A stretch of DNA of 64,000 bases from Fimbriosthenelais zetlandica (lineage: Eukaryota), in the NCBI GenBank assembly GCA_977030845.1, contig OZ365112.1, positions 25,048,001-25,112,000 on the forward strand, read 5' to 3'. Below, piece after piece: positions 25,744 through 39,820 of the stretch. Positions within the stretch are counted from its first letter, which is position 1. Each line of letters opens with the position of its first letter. The position numbers were made by a program, and so were the translations under genes. The notes beneath the pieces were generated by a model that searched no databases, had not been told where the DNA came from, and was given only the letters and a program-made list of their open reading frames with translations.

Positions 25744-28700
25744 GATTATTAGGAGAGGGGCTCTGATTGGAAACATTATCATTTCTGACAATCACAGGCA
25801 GTGAGAATCTCTCAAGCCATCGGTGTCTCATTTCATCGAGGGGAGAAGCATAGATATTGCTCCATAGGATGATGAAAACTTGCCATGGCTGCATATTCCA
25901 ATGGTCGGCCGCTCTATAGAGAGCCGACAGCTAATCTTCCCTGTTCTCATGCCTGTAACAAAGAGTGATATGGGCAAAGATATGAGTGTTCTGGCTTCTA
26001 AATCATTGCCAGAATTATATTGGATTATTACGATATCAAGCTCCTCTCTACAAAATGTAACCTATTGCATGTCGTCGAGCCTGCAGTTTCATTCGCTATT
26101 GTCCCCGTGAGGCAATGCATATTTGTAAGGAATTTATTATTATCATTAGTCTCATATTGTTATCACATGCAGAGCTCAGATGTTAGAATTATAGTCGGAT
26201 AAAGTTGAACAGTTGCATATTATTCACGATGGCTCAGAAAATCCTTTGATTACGAGGTAACGTGAATGTGCATCTAGTTTTACTGACTCGATTTTAGCAT
26301 TTTCTTTGTCGATTCATACAGCTTTAATGAATGGCTGTTTCCCTGTTGATCCCTTGGCAAATCAGCTTATCAATATTTGAAGAGTTTAAAGCATTTTCAA
26401 TTAAATTCGAAGCGAGATACAATCAAGTCGAAAGCAAATTCAAAGGCCAATGTCATTAGCATTCGTATGGACTTCATTGAGATTTTATGTGATAGTGACA
26501 ATAACAGTTAGTAGAGGCAATTGATTAAAGGAATCCTTCTCATGATTGACTCAACCTTTGTTAGATGCAATCATTTAGCTTCATGAGCTATTTAGCCTCT
26601 CTAATGTAGGGCAACCTCATATTTAATACGGAGGCTTCATGCAAAGTACCTGAGGAGAAGGAAGACCTGATAGGATGCACTTTTATGGCAATACTTGCTC
26701 GTCTAATCAGGCCAATGCATAGAGGTCTTTAAATGTGCCCTTGTGATTTATTAATCAATATGCACACGTATATAAGAGGATTAAATTTAATCAAGGATAT
26801 CAGATCATCCCCATATAATGAGGCAGATGTATCAAATAAACAGCATTCCCGAAAGCAATAATCACTTTCGCAAATATTCATTTCCTTCCATATCACATAG
26901 AAAATCTTGGAAAAATTGATAACTCAATAATCGCAATAATCGAAGAAGATTTTGAGATTCATTAACTTTTGAAATTTTAAAAGGGCCGATTGTTTTCAAT
27001 GAATGGACTATTCCTTTAGTGAAAACCAAAGGGTTTTTTTTATTGTGAGTGACATTTCCACTTGTTGATATAGAGAATAATTTGCATAGCAAGCAGATAC
27101 AGAATGGGACACAGTAAAGGGCAGTACATGCATGAATATGGAACATACAAGGCCCTGCAAAGAAATGAAACAAGCAGCGCATCCAAATGGGAGACAAACA
27201 AAGGCATTGACACAAATCAAAGCAGAGGCAGCTAATTGTTACAAGGTTATTGCTCTTGGGGCATGTACTGGGTGAGAGGGTGATTGATTTGGGGAACTCT
27301 TCTGCGTAATTTAACCCTCGAAGAACGGATGACCTTCTGTGTTAATAGGCACGGGACAAGGAGGCGTATATTGGATAACATGTGGGCGGAAAGGTTAACC
27401 GACATTAGGATTGACCTATATGTTTATCTTGCATTTGGATCATACTCAGAGGTCTTTGCAGCCATGCAGTAACTGTCTCAAATGAGCCAAATAAAACCAT
27501 GCCATGAGGCCAACTTTGTTAGAGTTGCTTTTTGGGCAGAACAAAAACCGGAAGTTCATCTAACATGTGGCCTATGCGAACTATCGTGGACAACCGTAGA
27601 TTTCGGTACCTGTCAGGAAGTGTCGAGAAGCAATTTTCCAATTAGCGTGTGGTCCATAACTTTGAGATATATACCTAAAATGAATCCTGATTGGTCAAGG
27701 TGTTCAGATGCCACCCTCCAATCCAGTGAAATTACATCCAATCTTGATATTTTGTAGCGTTCAACACTCCGTGACGTCCTTTGGGGAAATTCATTAAACC
27801 TTGATATTTTCCCTGATAGATGGATTTAATTTCACTCTGCTATTTTAATTTAGTTGTGGTCCGATCACGGGAACCCCTTGACCTGGCCATGCCATTACAG
27901 GGTGATGCAATCACCCTGCTAATCAGATGAGCGATAAAAGGATAATCCAGTCCAATTATGACGGGCTGCAGACGTGCTCATTAGGCTGTCCTCGTGGAAG
28001 CCTGGATTATCAAACAGAGGGACCCTAAGCCCTGCTCCACCAGCCTGTCATCCTTCATATCTTCCTCCTACCCACTGACTCATCCCATATCTCCTGCTAT
28101 GGGATATAATGTCTCTTGAAAGTCGGTTAGAGCACTCAATTCGTATCGGTTCAGGTTCCATTCTAGGCATCCAGTTAGATCCCTCCTCGCAATCTTTAAG
28201 AAACTTGATGGAACTCCCTTCGCAGACCGTGAGCATGTTGGGCTAATGTTTTCCTCTCATGCACTAATTCTTGACTCGGGAAATGAGTCATGCCTGTGTA
28301 TTTACAGTATATGAGCATTATTATTATTAACTGTGCACTATGTTAGGGTGTACATCATGTATCATGTGTGTTGAGTGCGTGCCGCATGTACATCACTGAT
28401 CCATCACGTCCCCAGTGCTGAGATCTTCTGGATCACACATTAATGTTAGCGACAGTGATTTGTGTCTTCCTTGTTCTGGTAGCCTTTAACAAGGTCTGCC
28501 GGCTACATAATCATCCCAACCCGTATCCCTAATGCAGAGCCAGAGGGATGCTTTCCCCATACATTCTTCCACACAGCCAGTAGGATTTTCTGGGAGTTAG
28601 TGGCTTTGGGAACGCACGCGGTCTGGTTGATTTGTTGGACGCCGTTAAAGACCACCTCCCTTTATCCCCTTGTGGTGGATCCTGCCCATCTTCTGTCAGG

Positions 28701-29160
28701 TTTATTTCCCAAGCATTCTTGTTCAATAGCACTATAGATATTTTTTTTTCTCTTCTTCTCTCTAGTTGTTTTGGCTGGAAGGATCTTGCTGGTTTTCCCT
28801 ATTAATCAAAGATAAAAGACTCATCATGTATAATGGTACTTCCAGAGAAAGGCAATTACGCCTCATCTTCTTGTCGCTTTGCTGGTGTTTAATTGTCTGT
28901 ACTGAATCATCAATCCAAGTCTAATGCCTCTACACTACACATGGCATTGGTTAATGGACACCATTCCACCCACCTTAACTAATCACAGAAAAGCAATCAG
29001 CAAGCAAACTCTTCCTCCTACCTCCAACAACCACTCTCATTTGCCATGGCTAACTAAGAGAAAGAGACCGGCAAAAGCTTCTTCAAGATTGAAATAATAA
29101 AGTAGATGACTCTTGCGTAATTCTCGAGTGGTTGTCCATCCTTTCGAGGGGAAGCCTAAG

Positions 29161-29255
29161 GCTGATTATTTTCCGAGGCTAATTAATATTTCCACGCTAA
29201 TTAAGCTGGGAAATTAGTGCCAAATTAGCCTGGAGTGGCTTATGTTTATGGCAGG
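29161..29255. promoter_or_regulatory. Homeodomain-site cluster, enhancer-like
   Basis: GCTAATTAA at 29178 and 29196, AAATTAG at 29211 and 29222, TTTATGG at 29245. Confidence 0.3.
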
Positions 29256-32200
29256 GAGTTTGAAGTTTATGTTCGGTGGTATGCAATATGCTAAAGTTTA
29301 ATGCCGACCTCAGTTCCTGCGGTGGGCCCAGCAGATACCAATTTGCTGAACTGCTCAGAGTTTGTATGGAGTGCTCAACTGTTTACTGAAGATGAATGTA
29401 CCAGTTGCGGAATAAAACAAAGAAAAGGACCTTGTGATGAAGTCCAAAACCAACACTAACCGCAGAATTCTTTCATCTGCTCGCCATTGAATGTCAAAAA
29501 GTAATCCAACCAAGTGATATTCTTAGAGTCTGGGTCAGATTAATTGGTCATCATGCTCACCACAATGTCTTTTATCTTATTCTTATTCTTAACCCATCCT
29601 CCCAGACGTTTTTAAAATAGATTTGTCCTAATGACCGATCTGTGGTGGGTTGAGAAGTAGGAGGAGGAGGAAAGGAAGAAGAAAAAACCCGCCTCCAATT
29701 ATTGCATTGAGCTAGTTTGCAATGATGTCATTTGTTACACGCAGATGGTAATGTCATCAATGGACGGTAGGAGGGAGGGGGGATGTGTCCAGGAAATGTG
29801 TGGGCAGGGAAAAGCCACAAGCAAAGCCGCGAGATGTGGAGTAGCTCGTAGTGTGTAGCACGTGCGTTCTCCGAGCTATGCCTTTCACTCGCTGGTCACA
29901 CATTATCAAGAGGACTTCACCACGGTAAGAGTAATTCAGTTTAAAGCCAGCCGTGTGTGTGTGCGGTCCACTAGGGATAAACTGCAGAAGTTGGCGGAGT
30001 AGAGTCACATTTATCACATAAGTATTGACACATCCACAGCTCCTACATCTACTATACTACTACATCTAGTACTGCGTCATTGGCAGCTCATGCCAATGAC
30101 CATCCGTCCATCTAGATAAAGCTGCTGCCAACCATTGCTGGTTTGGGTAATTGTATCAAATATACACACTTCGCATGATGCACTTCCTTTTTTTGGCACA
30201 GTGCATCCCTGTACTCTTTGCCTTGTGTCATGTCATCGAGATCTGCGTGTGGAAGAGATAGGAGATATATGTGTTTAGTTGTTGAGGAAGCCATTCTCCT
30301 GGGTCCCGGAGTGACCATCGTGTTGCCAGAGTTGCAATAATGATTCCCATTGAAGGAAAACCTACGTGTGGAATATAACTCAAGGCGTAGTTTGAATCCG
30401 GGATCTACATTATTGTCTATCTCCAATTGAGAGACTGAATTCATTCATTGGAATATACCGGAGAGGTGCATTATTGATTGGAGCACAACAATTCCTGTTG
30501 GAGGCAAATGTAAAGCCCGCATTTTACTTTGGTAGGTTCCATTAGGGTTTTATCACTGTAAAGTTTACTAGCCGTGCATGTTTTCTTGAAGTGTCATATA
30601 TCTCTACATAGAAATAGGACAATAGTGAGCTAGGGTTTCTGATGAATGGTGCATCTATACAGGCTTTCTATAAAGGGACGGTCCTGCATTAATTTGATGT
30701 AGAGGGATGGTTTTAGGAGGCTGTTTTGATTGATTGCTTGCTGGTTTTTAGATGGAGTATCTCGGAGAGATAGGCCTAATTGTATTTACAGACTCTTCAT
30801 TGTCTTATCGTCACAGCCGTTATGCTTTAAGTACTACATTGATCATTAATGCAGTGATTACATTGATTTAAAGAGCAAAAACTAGAATATGCCTCAATAG
30901 ATTTTAGACCTATTGCTGCCACAGAGTAAAAGTTGGTGAGGTAATGATTCAAAGCTATGAATTATGAAGGGATTAATCAAATTGTAAAATCCCCCCTGAG
31001 GAGGCTTTCAAAGGAGTGGTCTATCCAAATGAAAAAATATTGCCTTCCTTGCCCTGAGACGATGGCTTCCCATACCCATGTTAATCATTTCGCTTCCCGG
31101 CCACTTGTCGCTGGTGTTGGATGAGCTTGTGATATAATTCTTAAGCACAGGAGAAAACGAATTTAAATATTTTATACATTCTTGATTAAATTTCTTATTT
31201 TAATTGGCTTTTTCTGCATTTATAGATACTATACAGTTAAACTGACGTCTATGGATACAAATGAAATGCATGATCGATGCTATATACTTGCCCAATTAAT
31301 TATCCAACACAGGATTCCTGTTTCACTGGTTTTCTTGCTGTTGGAAATCTTGGCATTGGGTTAGCTGAAATAGAATACCGTGTTTCATTGAATAGCTGCT
31401 ATGATGTTTTCATAAACAACTGCTGACCCCAGTTACAAGCTAAAGGCTTCGCTTCCTGCTCGTAAAGCACGCTTTGAAACCTTGAATTGTGCATGCTTGG
31501 AACCAACTTCCGGAGCAAGGAAAGTTGATTTGTGCATGTCGATGGCTCCAGCATCCGGTTAATCACCATTTGTCATTGGTTCCTTTATTGTCGGAAATGC
31601 TACTTTTGGAAACAAACTTTTCGACAAAGGACATTTAAGTTTAGCTCAAAGGTTATCACCTCGATCTTTTTAATGAAGAACTCTGCTATTTCCGCCGTTC
31701 TGAGATTTTACTCCCGGTGGCTATTTACACAATGCTCTCATCATCATAGGTGGGCTCGTACCTTTGGAGTGGTTGGCTAAATTAGATGTCACAGTTTACG
31801 TCTAAAGTGCTGCTGATCTTTGAGACCTGCCAATGAATGTAATTAGATGTTTTTTGTTGGGATATCTGCCAAATGCAATCCTGTTTTACTTGAAAGGTTG
31901 ACATTATTCCCTTACATAATTTTTTGGTGGGCAAGGACTTGACTCTGCGTTTTGAATGTCGATGAGGTAGGCTAAATTTCCTTGATCAATTAACAACCTC
32001 TGAATTGTGAATGTAGAGAGGCCACAAGAGAGATGGCTGACATTTAGCAGAGAGAAGCAAATAGTTGCACATTCAACCTTTGTTTTTGTAAGCATTTTGG
32101 CAAAAATAAATATACAGGTAATAATGCACCAATCTATAAGCATTTCAGAAAATCTAACTAATCCTTTCACTGCTAGGATGCAGTTCTGCATATATTGGCC

Positions 32201-32599
32201 TCAAACAAAGAGGACCTATTTTCTTATTTCAGTTCATTGAAATGATAAAACTAATGACATCCTAAATGGAAGTATAATGAATCTATGTTCCCCATCCATG
32301 TCCGTCTCTTGCTGTATGATTATTTTATCCCTCCTCTAAAATGTCATTACATATTGTAGTTGTCTTCCTTGATGAGAAGACCCTCTACGACAGGGACCAC
32401 AATGCTAACACGATTACCTCAGGCCATTCCCTCTAGTTTGCTTCAGATCCGTAGAACTGAACGACTGATGCAATTAACAACCTCCCCCCATTTCATCTTC
32501 TCTAAGCTTAGTCTTGTCCAGAACAAGGGACAGCATATTTTACCCTCTACAGCAACAGGCTGAAAAAAACACCTGATACATCCTTAGTGCATCAGCTCA

Positions 32600-32720
32600 C
32601 ACACTGACTGCACGCAACCGCCATCTTCATGTGGAAGTTAACGCACATTCTCTGCTCCGCGCAGACGCGCACAGAGTGCTGGCCATTTCCGGCGTTCTCG
32701 GAAACGCTCGGCCAACTTCG
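32600..32720 (-). promoter_or_regulatory. CpG-rich promoter with a YY1 site overlapping an ATG, plus an ETS site
   Basis: CCGCCATCTT at 32618-32627 (AAGATGGCGG on minus), GCGCAGACGCGC, ATTTCCGG at 32685. Minus ATG at 32624 gives MAVACSQC before a possible GTGAGC donor. Confidence 0.45.
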
Positions 32721-35700
32721 CTAAGCGAAGCATAATTGGAGGCAGTAGGATGATAAACCTGCTTGGGTCCATTTTGGGGCTGGGTTAAATGGAGTATATC
32801 GCCTGCAGGCAGGCTATGCACGTACTTGGTTAGTAGACGTGATTGGCATGACAAAAGAACATAAATCGCTAAGTTGGAATGACGGGTTTTTGCCTGGGGT
32901 GCATGCTACTCTGGAAGTGGTCTGGAATTGAAATTCTCTGTCCCCTTCTTCAACTCCCAACTAACTTTACCACGTTTTTGTAAACATATTGGCTCCTTTG
33001 AATCATTTGTCAACTCACTCCTCCAAATTGTTAGCGTCAATACTGCCGAGCCAACCGCGTTATGTGCTCAATATATTGGTCACTTTAGAGTTGACTTCTC
33101 AGCGATGAATGTTTTTTTAACTGTATGTATACCTAGAATATCAGAGTGTCTCTTAGTCCTTCATACTAGGCAAGAAAACTACTGGTACTAGGAATCTATC
33201 CACGAGGGAACTCTCACATCCAAGTAGATCCCGATGTATCAGTGCGGATGCCGGAGGTGGTGTATCATCTATATTCAGTCGACAAATACTCGAGCTCTCT
33301 CTAGTCGTCTATCACTGCACAGAATGTCAATGTGTCAAGTTCATCCATCTCCACCACCTCCCGTGTATGATTGAATTAAGTGTTCCTCAAGCAGGCCTCA
33401 CTCCGCGGCAGAGGGCATCAGAAAATATTGGAGAAGATGCCAAGCACAGCCCAACAGCTTGGTATGAGTGTGTGAGGTGTGGTTCCTGTTTTTTCAACTC
33501 TGTCTTCGATTCACCCCTACAGGAATGTGAAACATACCAGGGGGAAATGTCAAGACACTTCAAAGGCAGTTATCTCTACAGATGTCTCCAGCCTTATATT
33601 GACCTCATTTCTTTTCAACACATTCAAAATGTCTGCAGCAATATGGGCATTCATGGGGTGACGTTTAAAACCATAAGCTTCCCTGCACTGCCTGCAGGAA
33701 GGTTCTATTTGAGACCCGAACGCCAGAGGAAAGTATTGACAAACCAAAGAAATACAAAGGAAAGCTATATATAACACTTAAAAGGTTGTTGAGCCTGACA
33801 AATTGAAGATGGTTCTATAAATGTGTCTAATATATATATAAGTCGGTACAATTGTTGCTTTCCACTGTTGTTGGTTAACAGCAATTTGAAACGAAGTTGC
33901 TTTAGTCGACACCTTCTGACTTTAAGTAAAGAAAATAATGTTGCCCCATCATACCTGAATAAAGTTAGATATCTAGGTTATGTGTGTCCACCTCATGGTA
34001 TTATTGCCCATCTCCGTTCCCATGCGATAAACCTATCAGGGGTCTGCTTACAAAGCCAGAATGTGATGGTTTGCCAAACCATTAGAGATACAGGCTTTGC
34101 GTGGCTGTAAAAGGTGGTTGTGTCAGTACCACTATGTAGCACAGGTATATGGAGGAACAGGCTCAAGAGGGCAATTTTTTACACTCCCATAGGGGTAATA
34201 GAAACCCAGCGCAGATCCTATGGCTTACATGAAAGGAATTGTTCCCCGTATCTATTCAATCAATTTCTATGTTCTCCACTGCTAGGCATCCTAGACTGTT
34301 GGTTGGACAATCTGATCTTTTGTATTGACTGTTTGAAATATTCATATTTATGGGCAGTCGGCAGTGAAATCTATGTATCAGGATTTCAGCTGTTGACCAG
34401 TGATGTATCCTTTGGCCAGATTACCCTTGCATTTGTTTGCATGATTCTTTCTTCGCATGTATACTGCGTTGTCTGACTTCTCTGTGCCTTTCATTTCATG
34501 AGGTTTTTGCCACTGGGAAATCAAAATATGAAAATCCCAAAGTGCATGCATGTACACTTTGAACCGTCACTTGCACAAATTACCAATTCAATCAGACCTG
34601 CATACATATATCAATGAGATTTAACAACTCCTGGAAATGAACATTCACAGGCATTGTGTCTATTCCTTATGGTACAGCTTTATTTTAATACAGATGTCTC
34701 TGTTATATTCAACGTAGGCAGGTTTACTTAATGATTTAGCCAATTTTCTACGGCAGATAAAATATTTACTTCATGCAAATGACATTTTATGTGTCTGCTC
34801 TTGTTTTTCAATCCCGCGAATATTACATTTATTGCATTTATGACATGTAAATGTGATTAGACTCGGAGTATATTTTTGCCATGACTTAAGTTGATAGGGA
34901 ACGTTGCTTCTACCTTACTCGGTGTTTTGGATGGAGGTAGTGAATGGCTGCAATGCATGGCATCCCACAAAGTACATTATTTATATTATCGTTTGTCCTT
35001 TTCACAGTAATATTCCCTTGAGGATAATGGAAAGCAATTTTCTCTCGAATCATTTATGCAGAATTGGTTATTTCAGCTGAAGCTGGGAACACGTAACAAA
35101 ATCCTGATTCATTATTCTTCCCCGGGAGGTTTTTTTGTTCAGCATGGTTGCACGAACTGCTCCACAATGTGCATGTGCATTGATGTGCAAGGGGAATTCA
35201 TGTTTTGTTCTTGAAAGCTGGGGAATCGGGATCAATATCTGAAGGAACTTACAGCATCTGCTATAAAATGCCTGTCTTCAATCAATTTGATGTTATCTTA
35301 GCCATAAACAACAGGTGGGAAAGTTTCATGTTGCCTTAATACCTTTCTTATTGTATACCTGCAAAGTTCATCACTGTTATCGTAGAGGTGCGTCATGAAA
35401 ACTTTTAATCAATGCTAAATTCCCACCCTGTAATCGTTAAGAAAGCTTTTTCCGGCAGAACAAGTTAATAAACTGGGATTTTAGGCAAGAGTTATAGGCG
35501 ATAATGGCAGAGGTTGGGTCGTCTGATGAAACAGGCCACCAGAACCCTTCAGTAAACGCCCTGCAGGCACTCTGCAATATATCCATTAATATTAAACACC
35601 CGGGCCCTGGGGCTACATCCTTGAACCACCGCAAGTCTGCCATACACTATACAAACATACTTCTTGTCACAGTTGGGTCGGCATCAACTTCCTATAATAA

Positions 35701-36199
35701 AGCTTGAGAGAAAAAAATGAAGGATCTTGGTTGATTAATATATCCCAGGGAGTGCTGCCCCAATCTAGCTTCACACGACTCCCACGAGACAGGCCCTTTC
35801 TAAGCTAGTTTGCCCGGCGGGCTGAACTAAGGGTCGGTAGTCTGGTTCTGCACTATGTTACCGAGTCACGACACTGGTTTTCCTCTCCTGATCAATAGAT
35901 TAGCTAGATGTTGACCGTTTGTGTGTGTTGTTGAGGGCAGGCCAACAGGGCCTTTAAGAGAACCCTCAATGGATCAATTACAGCCATGCATCCCAATGGA
36001 CTTGTGAACCCTCCTTGGATGCTGTACATTCAAGTGATATCAATTGACCATATAATACTTTCTCTCAGTACTTTTAGTTAAAAATCTGTTTATACCCTTT
36101 GGGAAGTTCGTCCATGTAGCTTTGCTCATGAAGCAGCAGCATCAAAAATGTCAGCAGTTCTTGGTGTGGCTTAACATACATTTTGTTCCTGTGTTGCAG

Positions 36200-36290
36200 G
36201 GAGACAAATGGTCTGTTGAGACCCTGTGGTATTTGTGAATGTACCCACAAAATCAGCAGTGATATATTCACATATGGATCAGCCACTGAG
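36200..36290 (+). CDS. Candidate 91-nt internal exon (xETNGLLRPCGICECTHKISSDIFTYGSATE)
   Basis: Acceptor TTTTGTTCCTGTGTTGCAG ends at 36199, moderate donor GAG|GTACCA at 36291, one open frame. Confidence 0.25.
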
Positions 36291-37943
36291 GTACCATCTA
36301 TTAGGAAGGCACTAGGCAATCCTCTAATCCACGGAAACCTGACAAGCAATAAAACAAAGCAGGCTTCTTACGCGTTCGTTAAATATGACGAATAGCCTCT
36401 TCGGACCTGTTTATTACTTCCATGCACCCCTATATCATATTCCGGCATGTGTATCATGTGGGATATTGAACAATTAATACCTCAGCCGTAGTCTGTGTCG
36501 GTGGCATATTTCTAAATCCCGTGCCAATACGGAACCCATTTCCCTTGTCCAAACAAGGCCTACAAGGACATGCTTTATCCTCACCAAGATGTAACACTAT
36601 TTTGCCACCTTCAGCTATCCTACCAGCTCCTTTCCCCCTTCTGAAAGATGCTCGTGTCCAAAACACTTTACACGCGCCTGTTTACTCGCACCTACCACTG
36701 TAAGCCGTGGGCTAAAAATTTGACAATGTCCAAGGAAATAATCATGATGGATTGTACTCGCTTCTTAAGGTGGCCGGGTGTGTATTTTGAGGACATCACC
36801 TGTAGACATGGGAGAGCTCCTTTACCTCTCCCGTATAACTGATTACTCACTAATCACCGATCGATGCATCATCTCCCCTCGCTGACACCACTAGTCTCAC
36901 AGACGCAACCCTTATAAGCCCGTGCATATATGTCTCCCCTCAAAAGACATCCTCTTCTTATATTCCATGCAATCCTGGCCAACAGCTTGTGTGTATATTT
37001 AGCACATAGTCATGGCTCTCTGAAGGAACCCTTCAAAAAGATGCCCAGGGTACTGCCCTTGTGGGCTGCTTATACGACAGCCAGATGTAAAGATGTTTTA
37101 GCAGATGAGGTCAGGATTTGAGGAGTTCTTTTTTGGTGTAAGAATCGGGCAGGGGTCTATATTTCCAGCCAACATATAATACATCTTGGCACTGATAGCC
37201 TTCAATGTGCTAACACTGAAGCCTTCAACCTTCAATGAAAGCATATATAGGGTGTCTAATCTGAGGTGATCAGTCACTGGTGGAGATAGAAAGTGTTCTC
37301 TTCCCCCCGAGCTTACTTAAAGATTAACACCCATGGTGGCATGGGGATGAAGATGACATTGGCGTTTTAAGCTGCCTCATATACTCTCCATGCGCTATCA
37401 TTTATCACCCCACTATTCAACAATGGCAGGACAATTTAAACTCACATCCTCCTTGCATAAAGCCTTGATTTATGTCCATATTTTAAGTGATATTTCACAC
37501 GTTTCTCTTGAGGAGGCCATGTCTACCTCTTTCATTGATTTATCCCCCCTCTAGATGTATAATGATTTTGTAAAAGAATAACCTCCTCTCCCCCACAGGC
37601 GTTCCCTGAACAGAGCCACTGGTATTTCTATTCTCGGTCTTTGTGGCAATTTGATATAAAGTGAGGGAGGATTTAATAAGTAAATCTACCGGAGCTTTTA
37701 CTATCATCATATTGCAGAGCATAGCATCACAAGTGATTTTTAACTCCCTGCAGGACTCAATATACACTTAGGAAATTGAATCACTGGCCTGACGAATATT
37801 AGATGGACGGTGGTTGCTGGGCCTGAAAACCAATAACATTGGCAGTCGCATCTTGGCATTCGATGCCTGTATAAACTGACGCCAAAGCATCCGAAATACT
37901 GCATACTTCCATTACTCACAAGGGTCTATCTTCTCTATAACAG

Positions 37944-38058
37944 AAAACTCCAACAACCACAATAACAACAACAGCAATAACAAGAGCAGCAACAACAAAA
38001 AGCCGCAGAAGAGTGCCTTTAAAAAATAGTTGCTCTACTCTTCTCGATCGAAAATAAA
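37944..38058 (+). other. Degenerate (AAC)n tract inside a candidate terminal exon
   Basis: Acceptor TCTTCTCTATAACAG ends at 37943. The AAC/AAT/AGC tract at 37951-37997 is open as poly-Asn (stop 38029) or as a Thr-rich peptide. AATAAA at 38053. Confidence 0.35.
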
Positions 38059-38782
38059 GAAGGGATGCAGAGCTTTTTATTTTTTTCGCTCTAGTGGCAG
38101 TAAGCCTGACTGAGATTGATAACCCTCATAACAGTGAGTCCAGGCATAGTGAGTTGGAGTGTGTGAACATAAATTCCTTTCTCCTCCTCGTTTGTACTCT
38201 AAATAATTCACGCCCTGGGACTGTTCGCAAATGGCTCCTTAGAGAGTAAGAGACAACAGTGGTCTTCCTCCCACCAGTCCATGTCAGACTCGCCCCATAC
38301 TGCTCTCTGTCACAAACAGATGATGTTCTAAAAGTGTCCTTTTACTTATACATAGTCTCACTCATTCCCAAGCCTTATTTATCGTCATATATATTAAGCT
38401 GGCCTTCCCCCTCCCAAACTCTCCGAGTAAGAAAGAGATGGCTTCCTTCTCATTCATGTCAGGAGCCTATCTGATTTGTACCGGTCCCCGACTATAGATA
38501 AGATCCAATTAGAAGACACAGACACTGGGGATGGTAATGCCCGGGGACCCGCCAATGGCTTCTTTTGCCCGCTTCCTCGGTCGAGTTGTGTCGTCATAAA
38601 TGTCTCGAACGTCCCTCCACTTTATTTCCCAACTGCTCTAGCGAGTCAGGCCTGATTGCTGGGACAAGAGCCCACTTGTCTGAGGGGGCCCGAGGAATGT
38701 AGCTAAACATGAAAAAAGGCGCCCATCTGTCAGCTGATACAGCTAATTAACCGAAGCTGCCGAGATTGCCCATGTCACTTAC

Positions 38783-38975
38783 CTCCACCCAGCCCCAATG
38801 CAAACAATGCACGTTTGCTCAGCACCGATGCTGGTGGTAACCAATACGATGTGACCTTACATCGTCAAGCTGACAGAGCAGCTCTGCTGCAATTGAAAAA
38901 CTGCGTCTTGATTAGGCGAACAAACGTAGCCTCTGATTGGCTGTCGTCATGCCATGACAGATCACATGATCGACT
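38783..38975 (-). promoter_or_regulatory. Candidate minus-strand non-coding first exon with CCAAT and E-box
   Basis: Strong donor GAG|GTAAGT (plus ACTTAC 38777-38782), AGCCAATCAG on minus at 38933-38942, GATCACATGATC at 38960-38971. All three frames are closed. Confidence 0.35.
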
Positions 38976-39619
38976 TGAAGGCTTGAATTCCCGAGTTCAA
39001 AAAATTGTAAACCTTTTCCAAATTTGATGCTCTTTTCGCGAAAGGAATTGCTCTGGAGTAGTATCTGTGAATTTGTTACCATAGCTCCTTTAAAACATTA
39101 ACTCCCTTGGATAAAATGAACATGTGTATCCGAAATCTTCAGTTCTCAGAAATGAAAGAATTTCATATCATTCAAAAGATACTTCTATGTAGAGATTTGT
39201 TATAATTGAACTCATTAGACCTTATCTTGGATCCTCATAAGTTTCTTGCTGTAGGATACACAAGTTCTGATGACGTGAGCACAAAAACAGATGATGACTT
39301 GGTAACCTTGGCCACCCATGCCAATGTGGTGTTTCGTCACAGCTTTTGGCAGGCAAGTGTCAGATGCTACACGTTGCCGACAGGCATATTGGCACAACCA
39401 CCACGGGAAATGGCCAGTGCGCATGTGTGCTTACATGACTTCCTGTCACCTTAACTCGATCATCAATCTTAGAGTTGAGCACAGCGCACAGATAGAATAT
39501 TCATTCCTCTCCGGAAATGCACTTCCAGGGGCAACGTCCTATTATATTTTCAAAGGGAATGGCTGCGAGAATACAGTCGAGGTAAAGCCTTTCAGACATA
39601 AAGAAATAAATTGATATTG

Positions 39620-39820
39620 GTTATCTGAAACGAATCCCAGCCATAATGAACAGTCTTCCAATCGTACTTTCACTATGAATAGAGTGAGCAATAGTCTGAA
39701 TCTAAAACGTTTTCTGCACGAAAATCCTAGAACATTAAAGGTCAGCGTAAATCCAATGGAACATCTGAAAACATAGGGTTCCCCTGGCTGCAGATTGATG
39801 TATTGGGGTTGTACCCTTAC
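39620..39820 (-). pseudogene. Ig-like domain remnant inside the 108-aa ORF 39542-39868
   Basis: N-terminal VRVQPQYINLQPGEPYVFRC and C-terminal LTLFIVKVRLED...VSDN resemble I-set strand patterns. The core W would only appear (DVPLDLR-W-TFN) after frame correction, and the second Cys is missing. Confidence 0.35.

Noticed and set aside
28529-28732. SYWLCG motif resembling a retroviral env segment
   Set aside because: Single short motif with no LTR, pol or transmembrane region nearby.
33367-33774. 135-aa ORF with YECVRCG and nearby PCTACRK CxxC motifs
   Set aside because: No His pair at C2H2 spacing, and the motifs fall in different frames. Not enough to call a zinc finger or transposase.
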